Virus record (IMG/VR): IMGVR_UViG_3300020044_002438
Span: 1-53,037 of that record
From: a virus
Taxonomy: Duplodnaviria > Caudoviricetes
Strand: one strand, 5' to 3'
DNA length: 53,037 bases
Both the position numbers and the translations under genes were made by a program. A model generated the notes under the pieces. That model saw only the letters and a list, made by a program, of their open reading frames with translations. It did no database searches and was not told the origin of the DNA. Of the stretch, positions 36,465 through 45,624 are shown piece after piece. Position 1 is the first letter of the stretch, and each line of letters opens with the position of its first letter.

Positions 36465-37358
36465 TTATGGCGTTGTATTTGAAACAATATCACTTAGCGC
36501 TGTAAATATACCCGCTGAAGTCATGGACGCTACGTTTACCCCATTATAGTTAAAGTTTAGCTTTGTTCCACTAGGTGTTATGCTCCAACCCCCTGTGTTA
36601 GCTATAGACCCTGCGGCTAGCCCTGAAGCTGTTCCCGTGCAATTTGTTAGTACCCCTGATGCTGGGGTACCTAATGCTGGAGTAACTAGAGTAGGACTTG
36701 TGGCTAATACATTATTACCTGTACCTGTATTTGCAACAGAAACAAGTACTTTAGAAGCATTGGTGGCCACTGCACTGGATGCAGTAAGTGCGTTAAGTGT
36801 GGGGGTGGCGTTTACTGTTAGCGTATCTCCTACTGCATCACCTAAAGTTGTATTACCTGAAGTTGTTAAATCAGTAGCGGTTATCGCGCCTGCAGCAAAT
36901 CCACCTGACCCGTCACGTAATACTAATGTATTAGCAGTTGCTGAGGAAGAATACTGGAGAGTAACAAAATAGAACTCAGTACCATCGCAGTATACAAGCG
37001 AAGTCGTACCATTAGCAATACTAACCCCAGTACTTGATGGGGTCTTAATTATTATTGCGAATCCGCCTGATGTATTATTCCTAACTACGTATAGCTTATT
37101 TACCGCTGGGGCTATGATGTTTCTGATAGCTGAGTTTGTTCCGCCCACTACAAGCACTGCATTACGCGCTTGGTCCGAAGTACCGTTTAAACTAGTTAAC
37201 GTAACATTGGCGTTAGCCATTGTAATAGACTGAACGCCGGTAATAGCCTGCTCAAGTAGCGTACCTAGGTTTGTATTCGTAGTAGTGCCCCACGTACCTG
37301 ACTGGTCGCCGTTACCGATAAGCTCTAATTTAAGACTGGTTGAATAGGTGCTTGCCAT
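36465..37358 (-). CDS. tail fibre protein
   Basis: MASTYS...LELIGNGDQSGTWG..TNTNL attachment motif; SPTLVTPALGTPASG fibre repeat. Confidence 0.8.
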   Translation of the reverse strand: MASTYSTSLKLELIGNGDQSGTWGTTTNTNLGTLLEQAITGVQSITMANANVTLTSLNGTSDQARNAVLVVGGTNSAIRNIIAPAVNKLYVVRNNTSGGFAIIIKTPSSTGVSIANGTTSLVYCDGTEFYFVTLQYSSSATANTLVLRDGSGGFAAGAITATDLTTSGNTTLGDAVGDTLTVNATPTLNALTASSAVATNASKVLVSVANTGTGNNVLATSPTLVTPALGTPASGVLTNCTGTASGLAAGSIANTGGWSITPSGTKLNFNYNGVNVASMTSAGIFTALSDIVSNTTP

Positions 37359-37390
37359 AATTTATTCCTTATAATTGAATGTATTGTACA

Positions 37391-39220
37391 TTAATATTGT
37401 TCACTGTCAACGTCAACCCAATCAGGTGGCTGGTCATTATCTACATCTGTCCAAGTACTCGTTTGCGTATTATTTACTGGGGTCCACTCTGAACTCTGAG
37501 TATTATTAACTACCGCCCAAGTATTTGCTTGAGCATTATCTACGTCTGTCCAAGTACTTGTTTGAGTATTTGCTACCGGTACCCATCCTGGAGTTTGTGA
37601 TTCATTTATTGGTGTCCAAGTTCCTGCCTGAGTATTGTCTACCGGATTCCAAGCGCTAGTCTGTGCATTGTTTATTGGCGTCCATGTTGAGTCTTGTGTA
37701 TTATTAATTGCCAACCAAGCGCTTACTTGAGCATTATCTATTTGCCCCCAATTAGCCGCGTTCTCAGCAATTATCTTAACCCATCCTGATGTAGCTGTTG
37801 GGTCTAATAATGTGAAGTTTTCAATTAGCGCTACCGCAAACTGTGCTTGTATTGATAATGCATCCGCACTTGAGAAATTTTCTACGATACTTAACAAGGA
37901 CTGCATGCTTATTGTGCTTGCATCAGCTATCGTAATGTTTTCAGTTATCGCCGAAACAAACCCAGCCCCGATAGTTCTTATATCATTAAGCGTAGTGGCT
38001 TCTGATACTGCTTGTACAAACTGCGCTGTGATAGATTCTAAGTCATCCACCGTTATTGGTTCTGTTCTAGTAACACCAAATTGTGCGTTAATAACCTCTA
38101 CGTCGTCTATCGTTATTGGTTCGATACGCGATTGCAGAAATGCAGATTGTTGAGTGCTGCTATCTGCCAGTGTAATTGGTTCGATACGTGTTTGTAGAAA
38201 CGCCGACTGCTGACTGCTGCTATCTTCTAATGTAATCGGTTCTGTTCTAGACACACCGAACTGCGCGGTAATGGCTTCTAAATCATCTACTATAATCGGT
38301 TCTGTCCTAGTAACACCAAACTGGGCGGTAATGGCTTCTAAATCATCTACTATAATTGGTTCTGTTCGTGTTTGTAAAAATGCAGATTGTTGCGTACTAC
38401 TATCTGCCAATGTAATTGGTTCAGTGCGAGTCTGTAAAAATGCTGATTGTTGAGTACTACTGTCCGCAACTGTTATTGGTTCAGCCCTAGTAACACCGAA
38501 CTGAGCAGTAATAGCTTCTACATCGTCTATTATAATTGGCTCATCAAGCGATTGTAAAAATGTAGATTGCTGTGTGCTACTATCGGCTAATGTAATTGGT
38601 TCAGTAAGTGACTGTAAAAATGCGGATTGCTGTGTGCTACTATCGGCTAATGTAATTGGTTCGGTTCTAGTAACACCAAACTGGGCAGTAATAGCCTCTA
38701 GGTCATCTATTATAATTGGCTCAGCAAGTGATTGTAAAAATGACGACTGCTGAGTACTACTATCTGCCAACGTAATTGGTTCTGTTCTAGTAACCCCAAA
38801 CTGGGCATTGATAACAGGGATGTCAGCTAGTGTAAATGGTTCGGCTCTAGTCTGTAATGCAGCAAAATACGGGACTAGTATTTCTGCTACTGTAATTGGT
38901 TCAGTTATAGTAACACCAAATTGGGCAGTGATAGCAATAGTATCTGCTACGCTTACAGGCTCAGTTCGGCTTTGTAAGAACGTGGATAGTTGAGTACTTA
39001 AGTCACCTACCCCAAAGTTTTCTGTTAACCCAAAGATAAATAACCCAGCTTGAGAGTTGTTATCAGTTACCGTTATGTTTTCAGCTATTACTGGGGCGTA
39101 TGCGTAAGTCTGGGTGCTACTGTCTGCTAGCGATATCCCTTCAGTCATTGTCAGAAAAGAAGGCGGGTTGCCTGCTAAACTAGCAAAGGGAGTCTGAGCA
39201 AACGCAGAGGTACCAAACAT
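37391..39220 (-). CDS. repeat protein (20-aa and 11-aa periods), tail-fibre region
   Basis: MFG.SAFAQTPFASL N-terminus; about 22 repeats of 20 aa, then about 12 Trp-anchored repeats of 11 aa. Confidence 0.85.
   Translation of the reverse strand: MFGTSAFAQTPFASLAGNPPSFLTMTEGISLADSSTQTYAYAPVIAENITVTDNNSQAGLFIFGLTENFGVGDLSTQLSTFLQSRTEPVSVADTIAITAQFGVTITEPITVAEILVPYFAALQTRAEPFTLADIPVINAQFGVTRTEPITLADSSTQQSSFLQSLAEPIIIDDLEAITAQFGVTRTEPITLADSSTQQSAFLQSLTEPITLADSSTQQSTFLQSLDEPIIIDDVEAITAQFGVTRAEPITVADSSTQQSAFLQTRTEPITLADSSTQQSAFLQTRTEPIIVDDLEAITAQFGVTRTEPIIVDDLEAITAQFGVSRTEPITLEDSSSQQSAFLQTRIEPITLADSSTQQSAFLQSRIEPITIDDVEVINAQFGVTRTEPITVDDLESITAQFVQAVSEATTLNDIRTIGAGFVSAITENITIADASTISMQSLLSIVENFSSADALSIQAQFAVALIENFTLLDPTATSGWVKIIAENAANWGQIDNAQVSAWLAINNTQDSTWTPINNAQTSAWNPVDNTQAGTWTPINESQTPGWVPVANTQTSTWTDVDNAQANTWAVVNNTQSSEWTPVNNTQTSTWTDVDNDQPPDWVDVDSEQY
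37410..37790 (-). repeat. 33-bp tandem coding repeats (Trp every 11 aa)
   Basis: Units of the form NNTQTSTWTDV. Confidence 0.85.
37790..39145 (-). repeat. 60-bp tandem coding repeats
   Basis: Repeats stack vertically in the 60-nt lines (e.g. 38281/38341, 38581/38641); two unit types, TEPITLADSSTQQSAFLQTR and TEPIIVDDLEAITAQFGVTR. Confidence 0.9.
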
Positions 39221-39444
39221 TACTCAGCCTTAAGCGCCTTTAGCTCATCTAGTGTTTCTGCTGTTTCTGCAAGTTTAGTAATGTCACGCAAGCGTTGTTT
39301 CTCCGCCACGATAGCAGAGGTATCGGCACCTGATTCTAATGCACGTTGAAATGCCACATCTTGTTCTTGCAGTAGCGGTGTTCGTTCAGCGCGTAACCGT
39401 GCCTTAGTAATCTCTTTAGCTTTATCAAAGTTAATAATAATCAC
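39220..39444 (-). CDS. tail fibre assembly chaperone-like protein (C-terminal half type)
   Basis: GTG start overlapping the upstream TGA; KAKEI...R.ER.PLL...DVAFQRALE...EKQRLRDIT. Confidence 0.75.
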   Translation of the reverse strand: MIIINFDKAKEITKARLRAERTPLLQEQDVAFQRALESGADTSAIVAEKQRLRDITKLAETAETLDELKALKAE

Positions 39445-39635
39445 GCTGCATACTCCCACGCATCTCTAAATGTTCTGTCTGACGGAATATCTGAAGCATC
39501 CACAATCTTAAACTCCGCCCCAGCAGGCACATCTTTCTCTGCTAGTTCTCCAATGGTATGCGATGCTAACCACTCAGCAGTTGGGATTATTATTGCCACA
39601 CCCCCGTTATCTGTTTTGTATATAATTCTTTGCAT
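39441..39635 (-). CDS. tail fibre assembly chaperone-like protein (N-terminal half type)
   Basis: RIIY...GGVAIIIP...KDVP.G...IPSDRTFRDAW. Confidence 0.75.
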   Translation of the reverse strand: MQRIIYKTDNGGVAIIIPTAEWLASHTIGELAEKDVPAGAEFKIVDASDIPSDRTFRDAWEYAA

Positions 39636-39638
39636 ACT

Positions 39639-39974
39639 TTACCCTCTTAATTCTGACCAGCGACTAATTGAGCCAGCCGCACTATATGTTGAGCCATTTG
39701 GTACAATAGCGCCTAAATAATTATTTGCATCGTTTACACCACTAGTAGCGGCTACAACCCCACCTACTGTAATACTTGACCCAGTAATAACTTGTATACT
39801 TATCGAAATAGATTCACCTGTAGAATTAGTATATGTAGTACTAGCTGCTCTAATTCCAGTAAAATCTTGCCAAGTTTGCCCTTCACCAATTGCATTTAAG
39901 GCTATTGTAACGGTTGGGGCGCTAGTAGCCTGTGCTGTAACTGTATTTGCGGTTCCATTTACTACAACTGGCAT
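39639..39974 (-). CDS. stand-alone tail-fibre tip domain protein (paralogue 2)
   Basis: GEGQTWQD...TYTNSTGESI...IVPNGSTY...WSELR. Confidence 0.75.
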   Translation of the reverse strand: MPVVVNGTANTVTAQATSAPTVTIALNAIGEGQTWQDFTGIRAASTTYTNSTGESISISIQVITGSSITVGGVVAATSGVNDANNYLGAIVPNGSTYSAAGSISRWSELRG

Positions 39975-39984
39975 GATTTATCCT

Positions 39985-40320
39985 TTATCTTAATTCTGAC
40001 CAGCGTTGGTTTGGTCCAGTTGATAAAACATATGTAGACCCATTTGGCACAATAGCCCCAATAAAATTGGATGCGTTATTAATACCACTAGTAGCGGCTA
40101 CAACCCCCCCAACTTGAAGCACGGAACTACCTTGAACTTGGATACTAACCTGAATAGATTTACCAGTAGAATTTGTATATGTAGTACCAGCTACTCTACT
40201 TCCTGTTACAACCTGCCAAGTTTGACTTTCACCAATTGGGTTTGCGGCTGTTGTAGCAGTTATGGCGCTAGTAGCCGCTGCCGTGATTGTATTTGTGCTT
40301 CCGTTTATATCTACTGGCAT
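39985..40320 (-). CDS. stand-alone tail-fibre tip domain protein (paralogue 1)
   Basis: GESQTWQ.VTGSR..GTTYTNSTGKSI...IVPNGSTY...WSELR. Confidence 0.75.
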   Translation of the reverse strand: MPVDINGSTNTITAAATSAITATTAANPIGESQTWQVVTGSRVAGTTYTNSTGKSIQVSIQVQGSSVLQVGGVVAATSGINNASNFIGAIVPNGSTYVLSTGPNQRWSELR

Positions 40321-40328
40321 GGCTTATC

Positions 40329-40913
40329 CTATTCGTACAAAATGTTTACTGTGCCGGCGTCAAATGTACCTGTACCAGTTAATGTTGTGATACGAACCAT
40401 GTCTAATGACCCACCAAGCGTTACTGTTCCGCCAAACCACTCTGTTCTTATGACAATTGGAATGCCTAGAATTGAAGTACCTTGCCATATATTTGAACCA
40501 AGAGTTGTAAAAACCGCAGCACCCGACCTTAACCAAGTTGCAGCGCCATCAGTATTCCCAGATTGAAATCCAGTAGTTGCCGAAGCTGCACCAGCACCAG
40601 TACCTTGAATTGCTGTTCCACTTGATGAATAACCTGTTGTAGTCGGAACTCCGCCAGTACCAAGTTGAATTAAAATTGGGCTTGTTCCGTTTGTACTCAC
40701 TCCACTAAACATTACAGTTATTCTATTAACCCAGCTAGGGATACCAGTAAAATCTATTGAGGTACCACTTGTAGCTGCTACGGCTGTACCCCTTACGATA
40801 GGCGCTAATGTACCTGTTGCCGCCACTAATGTTTGTGTTGATGACCCTGCAACGGTTGGTGCGGATAGTGTAATTGAACCACTTGTATCACCTGAAATTA
40901 TTACTGAAGCCAT
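40329..40913 (-). CDS. tail fibre-associated protein
   Basis: GDTSGSITLSAP.VAG N-terminus; SGTSIDFTGIPSWV.RITV...FDAG.VNILYE domain common in aquatic phage fibre clusters. Confidence 0.75.
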   Translation of the reverse strand: MASVIISGDTSGSITLSAPTVAGSSTQTLVAATGTLAPIVRGTAVAATSGTSIDFTGIPSWVNRITVMFSGVSTNGTSPILIQLGTGGVPTTTGYSSSGTAIQGTGAGAASATTGFQSGNTDGAATWLRSGAAVFTTLGSNIWQGTSILGIPIVIRTEWFGGTVTLGGSLDMVRITTLTGTGTFDAGTVNILYE

Positions 40914-40922
40914 GATTTATCC

Positions 40923-41342
40923 TTATCTGAAAACTGCAACATTGTATATTGTAGGGTCTACTGGTGATGCTGTATTTCCAGTTAAAAACCTAACAGTAGT
41001 TGTTGTTGGTGCAATACTATTATGTATATTAGAAAATATATATGTACCGCCTGATACAAATCTAACAGTAGACAATGCTGAATAATTAGCATCTGGCATT
41101 GCATTTGTCATGTTTACTGTATAATCACCTACACCGTTATCTGTAATAGAAGTTACATTAAAACTTGCGCTAATTGCTACCGTGCCCGAACCATTAAAGT
41201 TTACCCATGCACGGCAGAATGTTCCAATAGCAACACCATTGACATCCGCAATTGTAGGCGGCGTTAATGTCAAACCATTCTCAATCACTAGCTGACTTGT
41301 TGATGCTGCTTCTAATCTATCTGCTATTATCGTTCCTGCCAT
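40923..41342 (-). CDS. tail fibre-associated protein
   Basis: CRAWVNFNG...SFNV.SITDNGVGDYTVN...DANY...AVFR domain. Confidence 0.75.
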   Translation of the reverse strand: MAGTIIADRLEAASTSQLVIENGLTLTPPTIADVNGVAIGTFCRAWVNFNGSGTVAISASFNVTSITDNGVGDYTVNMTNAMPDANYSALSTVRFVSGGTYIFSNIHNSIAPTTTTVRFLTGNTASPVDPTIYNVAVFR

Positions 41343-41351
41343 GATTAATCC

Positions 41352-43169
41352 TTACAAAATAACCCAGCGTGAGCCGCTAGAAACTGTCACTATTACGCCA
41401 CTATTTATTGTTATCGTACCTACTGAATGTGCGCCTGTTGAAGCAGGTATTGTATATGATGCTGAAATTGTAAGCCCGTTTAGAATAAAGCCAGATGTAG
41501 CATTAAGTATTGTCCCTGTTACTGTAGTTGTAGCAGCAATAGAGCCTGGGGCGATAAAGGTACTTGGAGTGCTTAATGTAACCGCGCCTGTAGAAGCGGA
41601 TGCTGTAATTTGGTTGGCTGTACCGGCAATACTTGTAACACCCGCTGAACCCCAAATTGGCGCTGCGCCCGTCTGAGCTAAAAGAACTTGACCTGTTGTA
41701 CCAGCAGCGGTTGATGCGTATGCTGTTCCTGTACCTACAATTACGCCGCCTAAAGTAGGTGTGGCCGTGCCGTTTGTACCACCGTTAGCGATAGGTAGTG
41801 TACCAGTTACATGAGTTGTTAAACCAATTTTACCCCAAGAAGAAGCAGTGGTTAGACCACCAGAAATCAAGGCATTACCCGTAGCTACCGCAGCTAGTTT
41901 AGTTAGCGTGTTGGTTGCGCCGCCCTGTAGTAAATCACCTACAGCATATGTAGATTGGCCTGTACCGCCATTAGCGCCTATTAAAGTACCTGCTACTGTC
42001 ACTGCGCCTGTTGTTGCAGAGTTTGGCGTTAGGCCTGTTGTGCCAAATGTGATTGATGTAACTGCGGCTGTAGTTGGAATTGCTCCCCAAGAAGGGGCGC
42101 CACTTGTTGTAGCTACAAGAACTTGACCTGTAGTCCCCGCCGCTGTAATACCCGCCGCTGATGTGCCGTTTCCAAAAACTACACCATTTAATGTAAGCGT
42201 AGTTGCACCTGTACCTCCGGCTGCAACGGGAAGTGTACCTGCAGTTAATGCTGAAGCTGATGTTGAATATAACGCGTTGTTTGCTGCGCCAAACGTAGTT
42301 AAGTTTGTGCCCCCGTAACCTGTATTGATTGTGCCGCCTTGCCAAGTACCACCAGAAATTACAGTGGACCCAAGAGCTAGGGCGTTAGTACCCCAAGTAA
42401 CGTTCTCAGGTAAGTATCCGTGCACATCCCAAGTACCAGCAACGGTACCATTAGATAACAACACAAGCTCAATCGCGCCGCCAGAAGTAATGGTAGTAAT
42501 CGTAGCTAAGGCGCTATCTTGAATTGTCAATAAGCCCGATGAGTTATTGTTAAACTCAAACGCCACCCCTGTTGTTAGGGTAGTCGCGTCAGGCATCCTA
42601 TAGGTTTGAGTGGTTGAACCGTTTAGTGTTTGGGAGTATGTAGACGCAGCAGTTAGAATAGTAGTGCCCGCTGCCGCTGTAGTAGCTGTGTTAGATTGGT
42701 TAAGCCGGTTGATAGCTACGTTTTGATTAGCGTCACGCAACATTACTGAGTTGGCGCCAGAAGACGTAGTAACGCCTGTACCGCCATACGCAACACCTAC
42801 GGTTGAGCCTTGCCAAACACCTGAAGCAATCGTACCTAGTGGGCTTACGTTACCTAGTTCATCTTCGTATATTGATTTTGATGACGGGTAAGTAACAAAT
42901 ATGTTAATGGCACCTGAGAAAGTAACCGCAGTGTTTGAATTGCTTGAAGATAGAATTGTGGTACGCGTAAGCGTAGGGCCTGTAGTTGAATACGTGCCAA
43001 CACCTACTTCCCAGTTACCTGAGCCATCAAAGGAACCATAGTATGTAGTATTGCCGTTACCTACAACAGCAAACGATTGAAACCCTGCAACAGAACCACT
43101 TAGGGTAAAGCTAACTGTAGTATTAGCCGTACCCGTCTGCTGTACGCGGTCATTTAACGCCAAGGGCAT
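41352..43169 (-). CDS. tail fibre protein
   Basis: DRV...WEVGVGTY...LTR N-terminus; many GTLPVAxGGTG fibre repeats; C-terminal ITINSGV.VTV.SGSRWVIL. Confidence 0.85.
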   Translation of the reverse strand: MPLALNDRVQQTGTANTTVSFTLSGSVAGFQSFAVVGNGNTTYYGSFDGSGNWEVGVGTYSTTGPTLTRTTILSSSNSNTAVTFSGAINIFVTYPSSKSIYEDELGNVSPLGTIASGVWQGSTVGVAYGGTGVTTSSGANSVMLRDANQNVAINRLNQSNTATTAAAGTTILTAASTYSQTLNGSTTQTYRMPDATTLTTGVAFEFNNNSSGLLTIQDSALATITTITSGGAIELVLLSNGTVAGTWDVHGYLPENVTWGTNALALGSTVISGGTWQGGTINTGYGGTNLTTFGAANNALYSTSASALTAGTLPVAAGGTGATTLTLNGVVFGNGTSAAGITAAGTTGQVLVATTSGAPSWGAIPTTAAVTSITFGTTGLTPNSATTGAVTVAGTLIGANGGTGQSTYAVGDLLQGGATNTLTKLAAVATGNALISGGLTTASSWGKIGLTTHVTGTLPIANGGTNGTATPTLGGVIVGTGTAYASTAAGTTGQVLLAQTGAAPIWGSAGVTSIAGTANQITASASTGAVTLSTPSTFIAPGSIAATTTVTGTILNATSGFILNGLTISASYTIPASTGAHSVGTITINSGVIVTVSSGSRWVIL

Positions 43170-43179
43170 TTAGAGCCCC

Positions 43180-43788
43180 TTAGCTTGTTGCGGTTGTGCT
43201 GTATGTAACCGCTACTGTATCACCAACTGTAGTAATTTTAGCTGTTGAGAACGCGCCTGCGCTGTAAAGGGACCCGCCTGTGTTTGATGGCGTGGGTGAT
43301 GCACCTGCACCTGTCACTAGGAAACACCCGCCAACTGTACCCCCAGCACCTGTAATAGTGTAAGTAATCGCTGCAGCTGCACATGTTGTAACGTTTGATG
43401 GTGTGGTACCGGATGAAGTTGGGACTCCAAACACTGCTGTGCCTCGAACGTTTGAACCGCCAACGGTATAGTTAGTAAACTCGGTCCAACCTGCATGACT
43501 TAATTGTGTATCTGAAGCTGCAAATGTCGGGCTAGCACCGTTGATAAGCCCTAAGTATGGGCCTAATGTAGTATATGTACCTGATGTACGAAGTAAAGTA
43601 GTAAACATAAGTTGTTTACCTTCAGCATTAACTAGGTTTGGGAAAGTCTCTTCCCATTTTAAGTTACCGTCTTTATCATGGCATACAACATGATAGTGTC
43701 CCTCAACGCCTACTGTTTCTTCAGTTACTCCTGAAGTGCCTAATGTAGCCTGGATTATATCTCCAAAGCCTTGTTGTTCTCTAACCAT
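43180..43788 (-). CDS. virion structural protein (fibre/collar subunit-like)
   Basis: G.YHV.C.DKDGNLKWEE..PNLV...G; C-terminal GDTVAVTY beta-sandwich. Confidence 0.7.
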   Translation of the reverse strand: MVREQQGFGDIIQATLGTSGVTEETVGVEGHYHVVCHDKDGNLKWEETFPNLVNAEGKQLMFTTLLRTSGTYTTLGPYLGLINGASPTFAASDTQLSHAGWTEFTNYTVGGSNVRGTAVFGVPTSSGTTPSNVTTCAAAAITYTITGAGGTVGGCFLVTGAGASPTPSNTGGSLYSAGAFSTAKITTVGDTVAVTYSTTATS

Positions 43789-43797
43789 AATAAACTC

Positions 43798-44220
43798 CTA
43801 AGATAATCTAATAATTGCCGATGTCGACGTTGATGCAGGGAACGTTACAGTAAAAGAATTCGTTGCGGTTTTATCTGCTCCAAAATCCAATATAGCCACG
43901 GCAGCGTTTGTCGTACTATTATATATCAATGCCCCACGAGTAGTAAACGTGGCTGGCGCCCAAGTAACATTGGCAAACGATATATATGCTACCCCATTAT
44001 CACTTGTTGGAACCGTTGGCGCTAAAACCCTACCACCTGCTGTATACCCCGTCCCAGTAATTTCCCCACTAGTTGTATAAACTAATGTGTCTGCGTTCAG
44101 TGTTGCTGTTGAATCATACAGGGCTATCTTGTATACGTAGGAAGAACCAGTGTTAAAGTTCTCTGTGCCCTTTAACAAGTTAGTTTTAAATACAGTTGTC
44201 TGTCCTTGTTCTATAGCCAT
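43798..44220 (-). CDS. virion structural protein (fibre subunit-like)
   Basis: FK..LL.G..NF...KIALY...E..GTGYTAGG...RGALIYN...LDFG.DKT...FTV.FP family. Confidence 0.75.
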   Translation of the reverse strand: MAIEQGQTTVFKTNLLKGTENFNTGSSYVYKIALYDSTATLNADTLVYTTSGEITGTGYTAGGRVLAPTVPTSDNGVAYISFANVTWAPATFTTRGALIYNSTTNAAVAILDFGADKTATNSFTVTFPASTSTSAIIRLS

Positions 44221-45137
44221 TATGTAGTCACTCTTAATTTAGTCTGGCCGTCTCGGTATGCATCACCACGTTCTAATCCATCGCCTAAGCGTTTTAATTG
44301 ACCTAAAGCATCTTGGAACATCTTCTCATAATAAGTGACCATATCTTGTTCACCTTTCATAAAAATTATCGCTTCTCGCATGGCACCGTAGAACAACACA
44401 GGGTCATAATTATCGCCAAGCCAACTAGTACCGGTAGTGTTATCTACAGTAGATACTGGAATTGAAAACCCTGTGCCCGAACCACCAATATTAGTATTAG
44501 CCGTAGTTAATACATCTCCAACAACATAAAGTGACCCGCCTGTTGATAATGTAACTGTAGCAATGCCACCGCTTGCTATCCTAATTGTAGCGTACGCGGA
44601 ACTACCTGACCCACCGGTTAATGGGACATTATAGTAAGTCCCGTTAGTATATCCTGAACCAGGGGTAATTGTACCTAAAGCAGTTATAACGCCTTGCACG
44701 ATTGATATCGGATAGTAAAAGTAATGAAGCTCCATGCCATATGCATAGTCAGGTGAAGGCCCTACAATTAAAGCTAGTTCATTTATATCGTTTACTCGAG
44801 GCCCAAAAACTGAGTAATACTTAGGTGTCCCGCTCAATGCAGGGTTTGGGTAGGACTCACGAATAAAGTTAACGTCTTTATTTAAAAGATAAGTATATTT
44901 GCCTGTTGCATCAATAACCGCTAGAGAAAAGTTAGCTAACCAATCATCAGGAAGCGACACATATTTGTTACCCAAAGTCATAGTACCCGTCACATTTTTA
45001 CGTAGTGAGGGTAGTTGAACAGTATTAAATATCCGTCTTTCCGCTTCTTTAACAAAAGTAGGGATGTTCTCTACGAATAGAGACTCCGTGTTTTCTGCGT
45101 AAGATTGGATTGCTTGGCTAAGCTCTATATAGTTCAT
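44220..45137 (-). CDS. tail adaptor/tubular protein with inserted beta-rich domain
   Basis: MNY.EL...I..FV..AE.RI, KDVNFIRE.YP, G.PKYY, TSWLGDN...LFYG...EA..FMKGE. Confidence 0.75.
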   Translation of the reverse strand: MNYIELSQAIQSYAENTESLFVENIPTFVKEAERRIFNTVQLPSLRKNVTGTMTLGNKYVSLPDDWLANFSLAVIDATGKYTYLLNKDVNFIRESYPNPALSGTPKYYSVFGPRVNDINELALIVGPSPDYAYGMELHYFYYPISIVQGVITALGTITPGSGYTNGTYYNVPLTGGSGSSAYATIRIASGGIATVTLSTGGSLYVVGDVLTTANTNIGGSGTGFSIPVSTVDNTTGTSWLGDNYDPVLFYGAMREAIIFMKGEQDMVTYYEKMFQDALGQLKRLGDGLERGDAYRDGQTKLRVTT

Positions 45138-45146
45138 TGGCCTATA

Positions 45147-45419
45147 TTACCCCATTTTGCCGCTAGTTTTACGACCTTTAGTTGCGGCGCCATAACCACG
45201 CATCTCACCTGTACCATAAGGATTAATCCCTTTAACGTTGCCTTTGCTTGTATTACCTACAGCAATGTTAAGTTCCCCTATCCCATTACCTGGTTTAGAG
45301 ATAATGCTTTCTGGTTGGTTGTCTGTATTTGGTTGTGGCTGTTTATATACTCCGATATCACTATCGCTACCACCGGCGGGGTAGTTAAACCCTACCATAT
45401 CATCTGCTGATTTACCCAT
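45147..45419 (-). CDS. small virion-module protein
   Basis: Ends MRGYGAATKGRKTSGKMG; AAGGA RBS. Confidence 0.7.
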   Translation of the reverse strand: MGKSADDMVGFNYPAGGSDSDIGVYKQPQPNTDNQPESIISKPGNGIGELNIAVGNTSKGNVKGINPYGTGEMRGYGAATKGRKTSGKMG

Positions 45420-45428
45420 GATGCTTCC

Positions 45429-45614
45429 TTATTTTTGGTTGTTAGCGCGCGCTAGGTTACGGCCTACTTTGCGCATTTGTTCGCCTGTTACTGTAGTAGC
45501 GCCTTTTTTGCCTTTACCAGACTGGATACCTACATTAGGACCTGTATCGCCTAAGTTCTTACCTTTTGTCTTACCTGATTTTGTTACGCCATCGGCGCCT
45601 GATTTGTATGCCAT
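45429..45614 (-). CDS. small basic virion-module protein
   Basis: ADGV.K.GKTKG and GRNLARA.NQK motifs; AGGAG RBS. Confidence 0.7.
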   Translation of the reverse strand: MAYKSGADGVTKSGKTKGKNLGDTGPNVGIQSGKGKKGATTVTGEQMRKVGRNLARANNQK

Positions 45615-45624
45615 GATAAATCTC

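Noticed and set aside
35792-40320. Diversity-generating retroelement or shufflon acting on the tip paralogues
   Set aside because: No reverse transcriptase or invertase in the window; differences between copies are not adenine-specific; all copies are in the same orientation with their own starts.
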